A stretch of DNA of 64,000 nt from Pseudomonadota bacterium. Lineage in GTDB: Bacteria; Pseudomonadota; Gammaproteobacteria; Burkholderiales; Sulfuriferulaceae. Made by a program: the position numbers and the translations under genes. Every line of letters starts with the position of its first letter. Position 1 is the stretch's first letter. Of the stretch, positions 43,039 through 56,501 are shown piece after piece. The stretch spans positions 13,981 to 77,980 of the forward strand of contig JAJYHV010000065.1 in the NCBI GenBank assembly GCA_021790515.1. The letters are read 5' to 3'. The notes beneath the pieces were generated by a model. That model was not told the origin of the DNA. It did not search any database and worked only from the letters and a program-made list of their open reading frames with translations.

Positions 43039-43313
43039 GGAAGCGCTGATTAACTCCTCCACGAGCCGCGTTGCAGACCAAATCGCGATGATCGCGAGTC
43101 GAGCGACGAAGGTCGTAGCCGGGACTACGATGCCAAGGAGGTCGGCGAAGCGAGCGCGCGATTTGGTTGCAACCCATATGGGACGGGGTTTGGCGGGCGA
43201 ACTGCCGCGTTGCGCCGCTTGTCAAGGAGAATAACCCTTGACTGCGCGTCACGCCTTGCATTTCATCCCGCCAAGCCACCGTCGCGACCGTGTGGGAATT
43301 AATCAGCGCTTCC
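43039..43313. mobile_element. Complete 275-bp MITE-like element
   Basis: Perfect 15-bp TIRs GGAAGCGCTGATTAA / TTAATCAGCGCTTCC; TTAA on both flanks (43035-38 and 43314-17); no transposase. Confidence 0.88.
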
Positions 43314-43324
43314 TTAAGGAAGCC

Positions 43325-43353
43325 AGTCTTTGGTTTGGCCAAGACTCTTTTTT
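43325..43353 (+). terminator. Probable intrinsic terminator
   Basis: AGTCT(T)TGG...CCAAGACT hairpin followed by a T6 run. Confidence 0.5.
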
Positions 43354-43517
43354 CCTTCGTTCGGCACACATGACAACAGGCGCCAAGACTGCTTTCACGT
43401 CTGTTGCGATTTTTTGGCAAACGATTAATGAACGCGCCTACCAGAAATCCGCTTTAACCACGATAATGGTGCTCGCTTATTTTTACGTAGGCTCTTGTCA
43501 TGTTGTTTGTTGCGACA

Positions 43518-45944
<2,427 letters not shown>

Positions 45945-46001
45945 AGGCGTATTGCGTTGATTCAAGTGTGGTTAATGATTTTTTGCTAAAAACTCGACAA
46001 A

Positions 46002-47114
46002 TTATATTCTCATCGACATAACGACATATTTAAAATCATCTCGTTCGGGTAAGGTAATTAACATACTGCTATTTGCATCGTTAAAATGGCAGAAAACATG
46101 ATTCGTATCAATCGCTGATAAAAGTTCTAACAAATAAGTTACATTAAAGCCAATATCGAGAGGAATTCCTTGATATTGAACGGATAACAATTCTTGAGCT
46201 TCCTCTTGTTCGTTATTATTGCTAATAATTTTTAATTCGTTTTGCGATAGTATAAAACGTATTCCACGAAATTTTTCAGTGGATAAAATTGCAACTCGTT
46301 GTAAAGATTGCAAAAACTCAAGTCGTTCAATTTGCATGACATTGGTATGATTTTTGGGAATGACTTTATGGTAATCCGGAAATTTTCCATCAATCAATTT
46401 TGAAATAATTTGAATACTATTTAATTCAAAACAGATTTGTTTTGAATAAATGGTAATGTTTACGAATTGTTCGCTTTCGTCTTTCAATAATTTAAATAAT
46501 TCCAGAATGGTTTTTCGAGGAACAATCCATTCGCCTGGAACCGGATTTTCCGGTTCGGGTAAATATGCCCAGCTTAATCGATGTCCGTCTGTTGCAACCA
46601 GTTCAATTTGATCCGAAAGGACATTAAATAACATTCCATTCAGGTAATATCGAAAGTCTTGTTGTGCCATGGCAAACTGAACTTTGGCAATATGTTGTTT
46701 TAATGTTTTTTGTTCAATTTGAATATGATTGGATTGTTCGACGGGAAGAATAACCAACGGATAATCATTTGCTGGAAGAGTTTGCAAATGAAATCGACTT
46801 TTTTTGGTACGAATCAACAATTGATGATCCGGATTTTCCAAGAAGACGGTTTCCGTTTCGGGTAAGGCACGAAAAATATCAACAATTTTTTTGGCCGATA
46901 CCGTTAAAGCAAAATCAATCGCCTGAAATGATTTGTCCGGACAAGATGCTGTTATCTGGATGTCTTGATCCATGCTGGTAACAGAAAGAACGGTGTTTTT
47001 ATGTTCAATTAAAATATTGGCAAGAATAGGTTGATTGGCGCGTTTCTCGACAATATTGGCAACGGTTTGAAGAAGTGGCAAAAAAACCTGTCGTTTAATT
47101 TCCAATAATAACAT
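46002..47114 (-). CDS. dnaN: DNA polymerase III beta clamp
   Basis: PILANILI, MAQQDFRYYLNG, VATDGHRL, KLIDGKFPDY, IGFNVTYL. Confidence 0.96.
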   Translation of the reverse strand: MLLLEIKRQVFLPLLQTVANIVEKRANQPILANILIEHKNTVLSVTSMDQDIQITASCPDKSFQAIDFALTVSAKKIVDIFRALPETETVFLENPDHQLLIRTKKSRFHLQTLPANDYPLVILPVEQSNHIQIEQKTLKQHIAKVQFAMAQQDFRYYLNGMLFNVLSDQIELVATDGHRLSWAYLPEPENPVPGEWIVPRKTILELFKLLKDESEQFVNITIYSKQICFELNSIQIISKLIDGKFPDYHKVIPKNHTNVMQIERLEFLQSLQRVAILSTEKFRGIRFILSQNELKIISNNNEQEEAQELLSVQYQGIPLDIGFNVTYLLELLSAIDTNHVFCHFNDANSSMLITLPERDDFKYVVMSMRI

Positions 47115-47390
47115 TTTAATATAAACCTAATAATTAGAGTCAGTACAGTTCTGTGGAAAACAATCATTTGTTGCAGTTTGTCATGTACTTGGCTTTTTAA
47201 CAATGTTGTGTAAACAGTTTGTTTGATAAGTGCTCTATTTGTGGATAAAAGTGACCGTTGTGGGTAACTGAACGGTTATACACATATTGTCCACATTATT
47301 TAAACAGCTTTGTTTGTTGAATACAATAACAGGGTTTTGTATGACCTTCGCGTTTATTCTTGAATTGTTTTTTATGGCGCACAGCAAAAT
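47115..47390. other. Predicted oriC (DnaA-box cluster)
   Basis: TGTGGAAAA 47152, TGTGTAAAC 47207, TGTGGATAA 47240, TGTGGGTAA 47259, TTATACACA 47276, TTGTCCACA 47287; AT-rich; GC skew flips nearby. Confidence 0.8.
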
Positions 47391-48722
47391 TCAATTGCTT
47401 AAAACTTGTAATAGTACATTGTATTCACGATGAAATGTACTGTCTTCTATTTTTAAATCATTAACCTTATGACAAGCATGAATAACGGTGGTATGGTCTC
47501 GACCACCAAAAGAGGCGCCTATTTCTGGCAGACTCATGTTGGTTAATTCTTTTGCCAAAGCCATAGCCATTTGACGCGGCCGAACAAAAACACGGGTGCG
47601 TTTTTTGGAGTGCAAATCAATCAATTTTATTTTATAGAAATCACAAACGGTTTTTTGTATGTTTTCGATAGAAATTTGGCGGTTTTGAACGGCAAGCAAA
47701 TCTTTTAATGCCTCTTTTGTTGATTCCAGGGATATTGGTTTACCAGAAAAACGTGAAAATGCCAAGACTCGTTTTAATGCGCCTTCCAATTCTCTGACGT
47801 TGGAGCGAATTTGTTTGGCAATAAAAAACGCTACAGTTTCGTCCAGTTCAATATTTTCCATTAATGCTTTTTTTAACAGGATAGCTACACGCATTTCCAG
47901 TTCTGGTGGATCGATGGAAACGGTTAAACCCCAGCTGAATCTGGATTTTAATCGTTCTTCCATATCTGTAATTTCTTTTGGATAGGTATCACAGGTAATG
48001 ATAACTTGCTTCTGATTTTCAATCAGCGTGTTAAAAGCATAAAAAAATTCTTCTTGCGTACGGTTTTTTCCGCTAAAAAATTGAATATCATCAATCAATA
48101 AAATATCCAGCGAATGATAATGACGTTTGAACTCATCAAACATTTTGTGTTGATACGCTTTGACGACATCAGAAACATAATGTTCGGCATGGATATAATT
48201 TACTTTTGCTTCTGGTTGATGTAGTTGAACATAATTACCAATTGCTTGAATCAAATGCGTTTTACCTAAGCCAACACCACCATAAACAAACAACGGGTTA
48301 TAAGCTTTTCCTGGATTATCTGCAACAGCAATAGCTGCTGCACGAGCAAGTTGATTGGCTTTCCCGATCACAAGGGTTTCAAAAGTGCATAACGCATTCA
48401 AGCGATTGATTGTTTTTGTTTTGGTTTTTTTTGGTTGGGCTTGAATGACAGGGGAAGTTGGTGATACGTGCATTGTTTTATTTGGCACATCAACTTGCAG
48501 CAAAATAGAAACAGGTTGACCAAAATATTGTTCGGCAAGGGTTTCAATTCGAGATAAAAATTTGTCTCGCACCCAATCTTGAATGAACCGATTGCCCGTC
48601 AGTAAAATGAATTCATCTTTTGATTCACCAGGTTTTAATGGCTTAATCCAGGTGTTGAACTGTTGTGGGGACAACTCCTGTTCCAGTTTAGGCAGTATTG
48701 TTTGCCAAAATTGAGTCATCAT
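47391..48722 (-). CDS. dnaA: Chromosomal replication initiator
   Basis: [41 protein letters not shown]. Confidence 0.98.
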   Translation of the reverse strand: MMTQFWQTILPKLEQELSPQQFNTWIKPLKPGESKDEFILLTGNRFIQDWVRDKFLSRIETLAEQYFGQPVSILLQVDVPNKTMHVSPTSPVIQAQPKKTKTKTINRLNALCTFETLVIGKANQLARAAAIAVADNPGKAYNPLFVYGGVGLGKTHLIQAIGNYVQLHQPEAKVNYIHAEHYVSDVVKAYQHKMFDEFKRHYHSLDILLIDDIQFFSGKNRTQEEFFYAFNTLIENQKQVIITCDTYPKEITDMEERLKSRFSWGLTVSIDPPELEMRVAILLKKALMENIELDETVAFFIAKQIRSNVRELEGALKRVLAFSRFSGKPISLESTKEALKDLLAVQNRQISIENIQKTVCDFYKIKLIDLHSKKRTRVFVRPRQMAMALAKELTNMSLPEIGASFGGRDHTTVIHACHKVNDLKIEDSTFHREYNVLLQVLSN

Positions 48723-49195
48723 AATATAAATATTTTATTAAAAACAAAGAAATAAAAGCGAATTAAACGACGTAACAAAGTTACCGGTTCTTGATTTCAA
48801 GGTTTAAATCTGATAGAGCACTTTTCAAAGATAACAAGACTTGCTTTTTTGGTCGCGACAGCTCAATCCTTTGTAACAAGGATTTTAATCCGGGTTAGGT
48901 AGATGGTGATTTTATAAAAGGGTTCACGTGAGCATCACACAAGAAACGACTGGAGACAATCATGGGCATGGGCACTAATCTCGGTTTGTTATTTAATAAA
49001 ATATTATGCGATTAATTGAGCGTCCAGCCTGAATAATCAACATATAACGATTCGTTTGCAAATCAATTAAAAAGTGCTATTCGGGAATTGTACGGAAAAT
49101 TTAAAACCTTGCCATGAAATTATTTTATTAAATTTTGTGAATTATTTGTTTTTTTTGAGCTATAATTCAAAACTTTATATTAAACAGGTGTTAAC

Positions 49196-49342
49196 ATGAA
49201 ACGTACATATCAACCTTCAGTTGTTCGTCGGAAAAGAACACATGGATTTTTGGTGCGCATGCGTACCAAAGGAGGCCGAGCCGTCATTAATGCGCGTCGA
49301 GCCAAAGGCAGGCATCGGCTTTCGGTTGGAACTTCGCGATAA
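49196..49342 (+). CDS. rpmH: 50S ribosomal protein L34 (absent from the ORF track)
   Basis: [48 protein letters not shown]. Confidence 0.97.
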   Translation: MKRTYQPSVVRRKRTHGFLVRMRTKGGRAVINARRAKGRHRLSVGTSR

Positions 49343-49482
49343 TCATGCATTTGTTTTGATGATATAGTGAAACAAAAGGTTAAATAAGCATCAAGCTTGT
49401 CAAGAACAGGTAACATATATTGTCTTGAATACAGGTATCGCCAAGATAGTGCTTTGTTCGCCTACGTGTAAAAGTGCCGCTT

Positions 49483-49845
49483 ATGAGTGATTTGCGTTAT
49501 AAGTTTGTCCGTGCGCAACGGCTCTTGGTTACCCAACAATTTCAGACGGTTTTGAAGTCGGTACGACGATTCAAAGGCAGGTTGTTGCAATTACAAGCGC
49601 TGGATGTCAATATGCCGCATGCGCGTTTAGGTATTGTTGTCGGCAAAAAACAACTGTCCAGAGCCAATCGTAGAAACACGATAAAGCGACATATTCGTGA
49701 ATATTTTCGTTTGCATCAGCATGATTTTTTACCATTGGATTATGTGGTAAGGGTGAATCAACGGTTTTTACCGGAAGACCTTGCAGAGGTCATGAAGGAA
49801 TTGGAGCGCTTGTTTCAACAGGCAAAACGATGCAACAAATCTTGA
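49483..49845 (+). CDS. rnpA: RNase P protein component
   Basis: RLGIVVGKK...[16 protein letters not shown]; position after rpmH. Confidence 0.92.
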   Translation: MSDLRYKFVRAQRLLVTQQFQTVLKSVRRFKGRLLQLQALDVNMPHARLGIVVGKKQLSRANRRNTIKRHIREYFRLHQHDFLPLDYVVRVNQRFLPEDLAEVMKELERLFQQAKRCNKS

Positions 49846-50039
49846 TTGTTTTGATCAGGGCGTATCAATATGTGATCAGTCCATGGCTTGGACCCCGTTG
49901 TCGTTTTACGCCAACCTGTTCCAGTTATGCCATGGAAGCCATTTCACGACATGGTGCTATGCGTGGTTTGATTATGGCATTGCGACGAATTTCGCGTTGT
50001 CATCCACATCATCCGGGTGGTTATGATCCGGTTCCATAA
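49830..50039 (+). CDS. yidD: Membrane protein insertion efficiency factor
   Basis: [15 protein letters not shown]-x3-GGYDPVP. Confidence 0.95.
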   Translation: MQQILIVLIRAYQYVISPWLGPRCRFTPTCSSYAMEAISRHGAMRGLIMALRRISRCHPHHPGGYDPVP

Positions 50040-50062
50040 ATAAACAGAGCAATGGATTTTGT

Positions 50063-51676
50063 ATGGATGTTCAACGTATCATATTAGCCGTTATTTTTTC
50101 TTTTTCCTCGTTAATGCTATGGCAATCGTGGCAAAAATTCAATATACCGGCATCAACAGCGGAAGTTGTTGTTCACCAAACGGAACCTGGTAAGTCATCG
50201 ATACAACAAGCCGAGGTAATTCGTCAGGAAAACCTTTTGCAACAAGGTAGTGTCGTTAGTATTCAAACAGACACGTTGCAGGCACAAATCAATACCCTTG
50301 GCGGTGATGTTCAACAAATTGCTTTGTTGAATTATCATGATTTGCAACACAAGAACGTTCCGCTGATGTTGTTGCAGGATACCGCAACCAATAAATTCGT
50401 TGCGCAGTCAGGTTTATTGGGGAATCAATTACCCACACATAAAAGTCTGTTTCAAGCAAAAGCAAAGAACTATGTGTTAATGAAGGGACAAACCGAATTG
50501 GTTGTTCCTTTGTACTGGGACGATGCAGCAACAGGAATACAAGTCGAAAAAGATTATGTTTTTTATCCCGATTCTTATCGAATAGATGTTCGCTGGATAG
50601 TGCACACCCCACACCCGTTGACAGAACCCATAGAGGCATATTTTCAGTTTGTACGAGACGGAAAAGCGCCCATTGGAGAATCAAAGGTGGTGCACACCTT
50701 TACAGGCCCTGCTTTTTATACCCAGGCCAGCAAATTTAAAAAAGTCAGTTTTGAGTCACTAAACAAACACGAACAACAGATTCCGCCTGCGGCCAATAAT
50801 GGTTGGGTGGCTATTGTGCAACACCATTTTGTTTCCGCCTGGCTACCAAAAAACGGTGAACACCGTGAATTTTATGCGAAAGCGCTGGGTAACGGGTTGT
50901 ATAAAGCCGGGGTATTGTTGTCAGGGAACAAAATTTCCAGTAATACCGTTTGGCAAATGGACGTTCCTTTGTATGTCGGTCCACAAATACAAAAAACCCT
51001 GGCGGGATTGGCGCCCGGATTGACCTATGTCGTTGATTACGGCTGGTTAACGCCCATTGCGGTACCTCTGTTCTGGGTGTTACAAAAAACCGAGGAAATC
51101 ACCGGGAACTGGGGGTGGGCCATTATTATCCTGACCATTTTGATCAAACTGGCGTTTTTCCCGTTGTCTGCCAAAAGTTATCGTTCGATGGCACAAATGA
51201 AGCAATTGACGCCAAAACTGCAGCAATTGAAAACGGTCTATGGTGATGACCGGGAAAAACTGCATCATGCGATGATGGAATTATATAAAACGGAAAAAGT
51301 AAATCCTTTGGGCGGTTGTTTGCCAACTGTGGTACAAATTCCGGTTTTTATTGCGTTATACTGGACTTTGGTAGGTAGCGTGGAAATGCGGCAAGCGCCG
51401 TTTATCGGCTGGATTCATGACTTGTCTGCGCCCGATCCTTATTATGTATTACCCATTTTAATGGGCCTGACCATGTTGTTGCAGACACGGCTGAACCCAG
51501 CCCCACCAGACCCCATGCAGGCAAAAGTCATGATGGTGATGCCGGTGGCATTCACTGTTTTCTTTTTGTTTTTTCCTTCGGGACTGGTGTTGTACTGGGT
51601 GGTCAGCAACATCATGTCCATGAGTCAACAATGGGTGATTACCCGGCAAATGGGTAAGAAAACGGTTCGTGGTTGA
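50063..51676 (+). CDS. yidC: Membrane protein insertase
   Basis: VDYGWL, GNWGWAII, NPLGGCLP, DLSAPDPYYVLP, GLVLYW. Confidence 0.97.
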   Translation: MDVQRIILAVIFSFSSLMLWQSWQKFNIPASTAEVVVHQTEPGKSSIQQAEVIRQENLLQQGSVVSIQTDTLQAQINTLGGDVQQIALLNYHDLQHKNVPLMLLQDTATNKFVAQSGLLGNQLPTHKSLFQAKAKNYVLMKGQTELVVPLYWDDAATGIQVEKDYVFYPDSYRIDVRWIVHTPHPLTEPIEAYFQFVRDGKAPIGESKVVHTFTGPAFYTQASKFKKVSFESLNKHEQQIPPAANNGWVAIVQHHFVSAWLPKNGEHREFYAKALGNGLYKAGVLLSGNKISSNTVWQMDVPLYVGPQIQKTLAGLAPGLTYVVDYGWLTPIAVPLFWVLQKTEEITGNWGWAIIILTILIKLAFFPLSAKSYRSMAQMKQLTPKLQQLKTVYGDDREKLHHAMMELYKTEKVNPLGGCLPTVVQIPVFIALYWTLVGSVEMRQAPFIGWIHDLSAPDPYYVLPILMGLTMLLQTRLNPAPPDPMQAKVMMVMPVAFTVFFLFFPSGLVLYWVVSNIMSMSQQWVITRQMGKKTVRG

Positions 51677-53000
51677 ATTTGTTCAGCGGGATACCATTGC
51701 TGCCATTGCTACCCCGGTCGGTGCGGGCGGCATAGGAATAATCAGAATTTCAGGGTGGCAACTTGAATCTTACGCGATACAACTGTTAGGCAAGGTTCTA
51801 ACGCCCAGGGTGGCTTGTTTCACAGCGTTTCGGGACGAAAGAGGGCAAGTATTGGATGAAGGGTTGGTATTGTATTTCCCATCCCCTCATTCATATACTG
51901 GTGAAGACGTGTTGGAATTGCAGGGACACGGCGGGGCAGTTGTTCTGAATGCCGTGTTGCATCGATGCCTGCAATTAGGTGCGCGGATTGCCAAACCTGG
52001 CGAGTTTACTTATCGGGCGTATTTGAATCAAAAACTTGATTTGGCGCAAGCGGAAAGCGTGGTGGATTTGATTCACGCGAGCAGCATCGAAGCAGTTAAA
52101 TGCGCAACCCGATCGTTACAGGGAGAGTTTTCGACGCAAATTTTTCGTTTGGTAGAACATCTCGAATCGTTACGCGTCCAAATAGAAACCGCGTTGGATT
52201 TTGCGGATGAAGCGCTGGATTTTATTCAACAACAAGACGTTGCGCAGCGATTGGCAACCTTGTGGCAAGACATTGCAAGGATTGAACAAGCCAGTCAACG
52301 AGGTTCGGTTTTGCGGGAAGGAATACATCTGGTCCTGGTCGGACAACCCAATGCAGGAAAATCCAGTTTACTTAATCAATTGGCAGGAAACGACAGGGCC
52401 ATTGTTACACCGATGGCAGGAACAACCCGTGATACCATACGAGAGTCGTTATTGATTGAGGGGATTGTTTTTCACGTGATCGATACTGCCGGTTTGCGTG
52501 AAACGACGGATCCGGTTGAACAGGCGGGGATTGATCGTACCCGGCGTGCCATCGAGCAGGCAGATGTGGTTTTGTTGTTGGTTGATGCAAGAAATCCACA
52601 GGCATCGGATAGCGTTATGAAAGAACTACCGCAACAGATACCTTGTTTACGGGTGTTTAATAAAGTGGATTTATTGGCTGCTGATAGACCGGTTGAAGCA
52701 GACGCTTGTTATATTTCCGCCAAAACGGGGCAGGGTTGTGATCATCTGCGGCGGGTTTTGGTGAGCATGGTGGCGGGGCAGGTCGAAAACTCCAGCGCTT
52801 TTTTGGCGCGCTCGCGCCATCTTGATGCTTTGCGACAAGCCAGGGAATACGTAAGTCACGCAACTGAAAAATTTGCATGGCTGGAGTTGATGGCGGAAGA
52901 CCTGCGGTTGGCGCAAGCGGCATTGATGGAAATCACCGGACCGAAAGATGCCGATGATTTGCTCGGAAAGATTTTTTCCGAATTTTGTATTGGTAAATAA
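51669..53000 (+). CDS. mnmE: tRNA modification GTPase
   Basis: DTIAAIATP, SYTGEDVLE, GQPNAGKSSL, GTTRD, DTAG, FSEFCIGK. Confidence 0.97.
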   Translation: MVEFVQRDTIAAIATPVGAGGIGIIRISGWQLESYAIQLLGKVLTPRVACFTAFRDERGQVLDEGLVLYFPSPHSYTGEDVLELQGHGGAVVLNAVLHRCLQLGARIAKPGEFTYRAYLNQKLDLAQAESVVDLIHASSIEAVKCATRSLQGEFSTQIFRLVEHLESLRVQIETALDFADEALDFIQQQDVAQRLATLWQDIARIEQASQRGSVLREGIHLVLVGQPNAGKSSLLNQLAGNDRAIVTPMAGTTRDTIRESLLIEGIVFHVIDTAGLRETTDPVEQAGIDRTRRAIEQADVVLLLVDARNPQASDSVMKELPQQIPCLRVFNKVDLLAADRPVEADACYISAKTGQGCDHLRRVLVSMVAGQVENSSAFLARSRHLDALRQAREYVSHATEKFAWLELMAEDLRLAQAALMEITGPKDADDLLGKIFSEFCIGK

Positions 53001-53032
53001 CTTCAGCAAGTGAGGTTAACAGGAAATTTGCG

Positions 53033-53048
53033 TGTTTCACGTGGAACA
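53033..53048. other. parS site
   Basis: TGTTTCACGTGGAACA, canonical. Confidence 0.9.
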
Positions 53049-53104
53049 ACAGCATTTTTCTGTTTTGAAATCAACAAGGTAATCCAGTTTGATAAAAGGT
53101 GATC

Positions 53105-55015
53105 ATGGAATTTGATGAATCATTCGATGTGATTGTCATCGGAGGTGGCCATGCAGGAACGGAGGCGGCGCTGGCAGCGGCTCGAATGGGAGCCAATGTC
53201 TTATTGTTGACCCATAATCTGGAAACGTTAGGACAAATGTCGTGCAATCCCTCGATTGGCGGGATTGGTAAGGGGCATTTGGTAAAAGAAATTGATGCTT
53301 TGGGTGGCGCCATGGCGTTAGCGAGTGATGAAGCCGGTATACAGTTTCGTATTTTAAACGCGTCCAAAGGGCCGGCAGTGAGAGCGACTCGCGTGCAGGC
53401 CGATCGTGTGTTATATCGTCAAGCCATTCGATCGCGGTTGGAAAACCAACCGGGATTGCGTTTGTTTCAGCAGGGTGTGGAAGACATTCTGGTCCAGGGC
53501 GAGCAAGTGGTTGGCGTCAAAACTCAATTGGGCCTGACGTTTCGCGCCAGGCAGGTGGTGTTGACAGCGGGCACCTTTCTGGCGGGACTGATGCATGTGG
53601 GGTTGAACCAGCAAACAGGTGGACGTGCCGCGGAACCCGCTTCCGTACAACTGTCTGCCAGATTGCGAGAGCTTGATTTGCCGGCAGGACGGTTAAAAAC
53701 AGGCACTCCGCCCAGAATTGATGGCCGCAGCATCGATTATTCTCGTTTGCAACAGCAGCAAGGAGATGAGCCGGTCCCGGTTTTTTCGTTTATGGGCAAA
53801 CGAGAAATGCATCCTCGGCAAGTGGCTTGCTGGGTGACGCACACGAGCGAAGCCACGCATGAAATCATTCGAAGCGGCATGGATCGCTCACCGCTGTATA
53901 CCGGCGTCATTCAAGGTGTCGGGCCAAGATATTGCCCGTCGATCGAAGATAAAATCATTCGTTTTGCTGATAAATCGTCTCATCAGGTTTTTTTGGAACC
54001 AGAGGGGTTGACCACACACGAAGTTTATCCGAATGGCATTTCCACCAGTTTGCCGTTCGATGTGCAATGGAAACTGGTGCGTTCTATTCCGGGGTTGGAA
54101 AATGCGCATCTGTTGCGCCCCGGGTATGCCATTGAGTACGATTATTTTGATCCAAGGGCGTTGCGACGCAGTCTGGAAACTCGCGCAGTAAAGGGTTTGT
54201 TCTTTGCCGGCCAAATCAATGGGACGACGGGGTATGAAGAAGCGGCAGCACAGGGTTTGCTGGCCGGGATTAATGCGGCTCTGGCCGCTCAGGAAAAATC
54301 GCCCTGGATTCCGGGTAGAGATGAAGCCTATCTGGGTGTGATGCTTGATGATTTGACGGTGCGAGGGGTCAGTGAACCGTATCGTATGTTTACCAGTCGC
54401 GCAGAATATCGCTTGTCTCTGCGTGAAGACAATGCGGATTTACGGTTGACGGAAACCGGTCGTCGGTTGGGATTGATCAATAATGAGCAATGGGATGCAT
54501 TCAATCGTAAACGGGACCGGATTGCACAGCAAAACGCGCGCATGAAACAGATTTGGTTGCAACCGGAGAAAGTGGATAATGAGTTGATTTCTCGGGTGTT
54601 GGGAAAACCCATTGAACGAGAATACAATTTGTACGAATTGCTGCGGCGTCCGGAAATACGTTACGCGGATGTTTGCGAATTGTCGACCGAACTGGAACCG
54701 GAAACGGACAGCACAGTCGTGGATCAGATAGAAATCATGGCCAAGTACCAAGGGTATGTGACCAGACAGCAAGCGGATATCGATAAGGCGCGAGAACATG
54801 AAACCCTGTTGTTGCCAACGAATCTTGATTATCACAATATTCCGGGATTGTCCGTGGAAGTCAGACAAAGGTTGATGCAATTCCAACCCGAAACACTTGG
54901 TCAGGCAGGCAGAATTTCCGGTGTGACGCAAGCGGCTTTGATGATCTTGCTGACCTGGGTAAAGCGGCAACCGTCAATCACCAATGCAAGCAGCGCCGCA
55001 GGCAACCATGTCTGA
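53105..55015 (+). CDS. mnmG: tRNA uridine 5-carboxymethylaminomethyl modification enzyme
   Basis: [53 protein letters not shown]. Confidence 0.98.
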   Translation: MEFDESFDVIVIGGGHAGTEAALAAARMGANVLLLTHNLETLGQMSCNPSIGGIGKGHLVKEIDALGGAMALASDEAGIQFRILNASKGPAVRATRVQADRVLYRQAIRSRLENQPGLRLFQQGVEDILVQGEQVVGVKTQLGLTFRARQVVLTAGTFLAGLMHVGLNQQTGGRAAEPASVQLSARLRELDLPAGRLKTGTPPRIDGRSIDYSRLQQQQGDEPVPVFSFMGKREMHPRQVACWVTHTSEATHEIIRSGMDRSPLYTGVIQGVGPRYCPSIEDKIIRFADKSSHQVFLEPEGLTTHEVYPNGISTSLPFDVQWKLVRSIPGLENAHLLRPGYAIEYDYFDPRALRRSLETRAVKGLFFAGQINGTTGYEEAAAQGLLAGINAALAAQEKSPWIPGRDEAYLGVMLDDLTVRGVSEPYRMFTSRAEYRLSLREDNADLRLTETGRRLGLINNEQWDAFNRKRDRIAQQNARMKQIWLQPEKVDNELISRVLGKPIEREYNLYELLRRPEIRYADVCELSTELEPETDSTVVDQIEIMAKYQGYVTRQQADIDKAREHETLLLPTNLDYHNIPGLSVEVRQRLMQFQPETLGQAGRISGVTQAALMILLTWVKRQPSITNASSAAGNHV

Positions 55016-55634
55016 TGACGACGTGTTTGAGCAACAGGCGGCGCAATTAGGCCTGGCTTTGCGCGATGAAGCCATACAACAATTGCTCGCGTATGTTTCG
55101 TTGCTGCAAAAATGGAATAAAACACATAATTTAACTGCGGTACGCGATGAAGAAATGTTGTCCTTGCATTTGTTGGACAGTCTCGCTATTCTGCCCATGC
55201 TGAGTGGAAAACGCGTGCTGGATGTTGGCAGCGGCGGCGGATTGCCGGGAATTCCATTGGCAATCGCAAGTCCGGAGATGACGTTCACCCTCGTTGACAG
55301 TAATCGAAAAAAAACCAGTTTTCTTCGACAGGTTGTACTGGAGTTGCGACTTCCAAACGTACTGGTGGAGACGCAACGAGTAGAAAACCTGCCGCCCACG
55401 CCAGTGTATGATTGTATTGTTTCGCGGGCGTACGCCAGTTTGCTTCAATTTGTTACGCAGTCACGCCATGTGTTGGCGAAAAACGGTTATTGGTTGGCCA
55501 TGAAAGGACTTTTTCCAGGGCAAGAATTAACGGCGTTGCCAAAAGATGTGCGTATGTTGGCAACAAAGGCCTTACAAATTCCCGGACTGACAGCAGAACG
55601 ACATGTGTTGCAACTAGGAGTTGTGCATGACTAA
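55008..55634 (+). CDS. rsmG: 16S rRNA m7G527 methyltransferase
   Basis: [31 protein letters not shown]. Confidence 0.95.
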   Translation: MSDDDVFEQQAAQLGLALRDEAIQQLLAYVSLLQKWNKTHNLTAVRDEEMLSLHLLDSLAILPMLSGKRVLDVGSGGGLPGIPLAIASPEMTFTLVDSNRKKTSFLRQVVLELRLPNVLVETQRVENLPPTPVYDCIVSRAYASLLQFVTQSRHVLAKNGYWLAMKGLFPGQELTALPKDVRMLATKALQIPGLTAERHVLQLGVVHD

Positions 55635-56400
55635 GATCATGGCGATAGCCAATCAAAAAGGCGGGGTGGGAAAAACCACAACGGCGGTTAATCTGGCCGC
55701 GGGCTTGGCAAGCGAAGGATTGCAGGTCTTGCTGGTGGACCTGGATCCACAAGGCAACGCCACCATGGGTAGCGGAATCGACAAGCGCGGGTTGACGGTG
55801 AGCATTTATCATGGCTTGTTGCGCTTGCGCCGTGCTGAAGAAATTGTCTGCCGGAGTGAACAGGGAAAATATGATGTGTTGCCGGCAAACCGTGATTTGG
55901 CTGGCGCCGAAATCGAGTTGGTGGATGAAGCGGAACGCGAGTTGCGTTTAAAGCAGCTGTTGAATCCTTTTTCATTTCAATATGATGCGGTGTTGATTGA
56001 TTGCCCTCCGGCGTTAAATCTGTTGGCAATCAACGCACTGGCCGCCGCCGACGAAGTAATGATACCCATGCAGTGTGAATACTATGCCCTGGAAGGCGTG
56101 TCCGATCTGGTCAATACCATTCGCCGTATCCGGATGCACATTAATCCGGCGCTGGAAATTGGCGGGTTGTTGCGAACCATGTATAGCGCAACCAGCACGC
56201 TGGCGCAGCAAGTTTCAGAACAATTGAAGAGCCACTTTGCTGATAAAGTGTACGATACGGTGATTCCGCGCAATGTTCGGCTTGCTGAGGCGCCCAGCCA
56301 TGGCTTGCCGGTTTCAGTTTACGATGCTGCGTCCAAAGGGGCGCAGGCCTATCAGGCTTTGGCGCGAGAGATGAAAACACGGTTTCATTCGGTTAAATGA
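55627..56400 (+). CDS. parA: Chromosome partitioning ATPase
   Basis: [47 protein letters not shown]. Confidence 0.96.
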   Translation: MTKIMAIANQKGGVGKTTTAVNLAAGLASEGLQVLLVDLDPQGNATMGSGIDKRGLTVSIYHGLLRLRRAEEIVCRSEQGKYDVLPANRDLAGAEIELVDEAERELRLKQLLNPFSFQYDAVLIDCPPALNLLAINALAAADEVMIPMQCEYYALEGVSDLVNTIRRIRMHINPALEIGGLLRTMYSATSTLAQQVSEQLKSHFADKVYDTVIPRNVRLAEAPSHGLPVSVYDAASKGAQAYQALAREMKTRFHSVK

Positions 56401-56501
56401 TGTCGTGGACTGTAACGGAATATTAAAGGATACGGACAAAAGCCAGAAATAGAGATTGATATGCGTGTTGGTGAGGTTTCTGGGGGCAAGGAAAAGAAGG
56501 T

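Noticed and set aside
48920-48935. Extra parS-like CACGTG sites (also near 52468 inside mnmE)
   Set aside because: Only 10-12 of 16 positions match and the arm symmetry is broken.
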